This document shows, piece by piece, positions 61,781-64,000 of a stretch of 64,000 nucleotides of DNA. Each line of letters begins with the position of its first letter. Position 1 is the first letter of the stretch. A program made the position numbers and the translations under genes. The DNA is from Octopus sinensis. Its lineage: Eukaryota. The notes under the pieces were generated by a model. That model did not search any database. It worked only from the letters and a program-made list of their open reading frames with translations, and was not told the DNA's origin. The stretch lies in NCBI RefSeq assembly GCF_006345805.1, contig NW_021837038.1, positions 1 through 64,000 on the forward strand, given 5' to 3'.

Positions 61781-62400
61781 AATTGTGTACAGTGCTCAGG
61801 TGCACTACAACTCATCTAAAGTGTATGTATAATCAGGTGTAGTTTCAGCGGATTTCGGAAAGCATGAGGGCCTTAAAGGATGCAGTGTCATGGCAGTCAA
61901 CAACTGACGCAGGCAGTTTATTCCATGCTTCAGCAACTCTGAGCGTGAAAAAATGTTTCCGAAAGTCATGGGAGCTGTATTGTTTTCTGACTTTGTAGGC
62001 ATGTCCACGTGTGTTAGACACATGGAGATCAAAAAGGTGTTCAGTGTTGTTGTTGGTGAGGTGATACCTGTAAAGTTAGTCTTTTGTATTTTATAATAAT
62101 AATAATAATAATAATTGTGTACAGTGCTCAGGTGCACTACAACTCATCTAAAGTGCATATATAATCAGGTGTAGTTTCGGCGGATTTCGGAAAGCATGAG
62201 GGCCTTAAAGGATGCAGTGTCATGGTAGTCAACAACTGACGCAGGCAGTTTATTCCATGCTTCAGCAACTCTGAGCGTGAAAAAATGTTTCCGAAAGTCA
62301 TGGGAGCTGTGCTGTTTTCTGACTTTGTAGGCATGTCCACGTGTGTTAGACACATGGAGATCAAAAAGGTGTTCAGTGTTGTTGTTGGTGAGGTGGTTGA
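61781..62400 (-). mobile_element. Two tandem CR1-type LINE 3' fragments
   Basis: SNTRGHAYKVRKQHSSHDFRKHFFTLRVAEAWNKLPASVV, with (ATT)n tails, duplicated at about 61781 and 62113. Confidence 0.8.
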
Positions 62401-62489
62401 TAACACTGTTTTGCCCCTGTGCTTGAGGAGATCCATTGAGTCAAGTACACCAACATCAAAAATCAATGGAAACTGCAGTTGTGAAACCT

Positions 62490-63560
62490 GTGCCAGTGGC
62501 ACGTAAAAAGCACCATCCGAACGTGGCCAATGCCAGCGCCGCCTAGACTGGCTTCCGTTCCAGTGGCACGTAAAAAGCACCATCCGAACATGGCCGATGC
62601 CAGCGCCGCCTAGACTGGCTTCCGTGCCAGTGGCATGTAAAAAGCACCATCCGAACGTGGTCAATGCCAGCGCCGCCTAGACTGGCTTCCGTTCCAGTGG
62701 CACGTAAAAAGCACCATCCGAACATGGCCGATGCCAGCGCCGCCTAGACTGGCTTCCGTGCCAGTGGCACGTAAAAAGCACCATCCGAACATGGCCGATG
62801 CCAGCGCCGCCTAGACTGGCTTCCGTTCCAGTGGCACGTAAAAAGCACCATCCGAACGTGGCCAATGCCAGCGCCGCCTAGACTGGCTTCCGTTCCAGTG
62901 GCACGTAAAAAGCACCATCCGAACATGGCCGATGCCAGCGCCACCTTGACTGGCTTCTGTGCCAGTGGCACGTAAAAAGCACCATCCGAACATGGCCGAT
63001 GCCAGCGCCGCCTAGACTGGCTTCCGTTCCAGTGGCACGTAAAAAGCACCATCCGAACATGGCCGATGCCAGCGCCGCCTAGACTGGCTTCCGTGCCAGT
63101 GGCACGTAAAAAGCACCATCCGAACATGGCCGATGCCAGCGCCACCTAGACTGGCTTCCGTTCCAGTGGCACGTAAAAAGCACCATCCGAACATGGCCGA
63201 TGCCAGCGCCGCCTAGACTGGCTTCCGTGCCAGTGGCACGTAAAAAGCACCATCCGAACGTGGCCGATGCCAGCGCCGCCTAGACTGGCTTCCGTTCCAG
63301 TGGCACGTAAAAAGCACCATCCGAACGTGGCCAATGCCAGCGCCGCCTAGACTGGCTTCCGTTCCAGTGGCACGTAAAAAGCACCATCCGAACATGGCCG
63401 ATGCCAGCGCCACCTTGACTGGCTTCTGTGCCGGTGGCACGTAAAAAGCACCAATCCGATCATGACCATCGCCAGCCTCGCCTGGCACCTGTGCCGGTGG
63501 CACGTAAAAAGCACCAATCCGATCGTGACCATTGCCAGCCTTGCCTGGCACCTGTCCCGG
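62490..63560. repeat. 67-bp minisatellite (about 14 near-identical units plus variants)
   Basis: Unit gtgccagtggcacgtaaaaagcaccatccgaac.tggcc.atgccagcgccgcctagactggcttcc. Confidence 0.9.
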
Positions 63561-64000
63561 TAGCACGTGAAATTTTTTGAAATGTTCTGAGTTCAAATTC
63601 CACCAAGGTCGACTTTACGTGCCTTCATTTAGGGGTTGCTAAAATAAGTACCAGTTGAACACAGATCAATGTAATTGACTTATCCCCTCCTCTCACCCCC
63701 TGATATTGCTGGCGTTGTACCAAAGATTGAAATTGATATTAATGATTGCCTTGGTGATGAGAATGAGATAATTACTATAATTACTATTATGACAATTATA
63801 ATGTTTTTAATTATGTTATGAAATAAAGACACATTTATATTGTTGATCCTTTTCTTACCAAATTTTTATTGTAATAAACTGCCTTTTATTTTATTTCTTT
63901 TCTATTTTTTTTTTTTGAAAAAGAAGTAGAATTTAGTAAAATAACATTGTCATCATCAGTCGGGGCGGCGCTGGCAACGGCCATGGTCGGATGGTGCTTT

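Noticed and set aside
62490-63430. CRISPR-like regular repeats
   Set aside because: Contiguous units without unique spacers, eukaryotic context, no cas genes.

Overview
AT-rich, repeat-dense animal genomic DNA; the SINE families look Octopus-like, which is my inference from repeat recognition. Protein-coding content, all on +: (i) two intact single-coding-exon acyl-CoA thioesterase/BAAT-family (ACOT-like) genes at 8634-9971 and 60191-61525, plus an internally deleted copy at 14508-14840; (ii) a 10-exon, 549-aa IL-17-receptor-like gene reconstructed by hand from splice sites and phases (20042-42254: signal peptide, FN3-like ectodomain, TM helix, divergent SEFIR domain). The rest is tRNA-derived SINEs (many in head-to-tail arrays), SINE-derived satellites, GG-ended MITEs with 8-bp TSDs (Merlin-like), TTAA piggyBac-like MITEs, non-autonomous Helitrons, and RTE, CR1 and Penelope-like (PLE) fragments. 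The most notable hidden feature is a set of type I hammerhead ribozymes (HHRs) from several sequence families. These include a non-coding 594-bp tandem/inverted array with one HHR per unit (retrozyme or PLE pseudo-LTR-like), an HHR-dense island at 1-5 kb that appears to lie between the arms of an inverted duplication, and an inverted HHR pair inside an IL17R-like intron. All HHR folds were made by eye and none is tested for cleavage.
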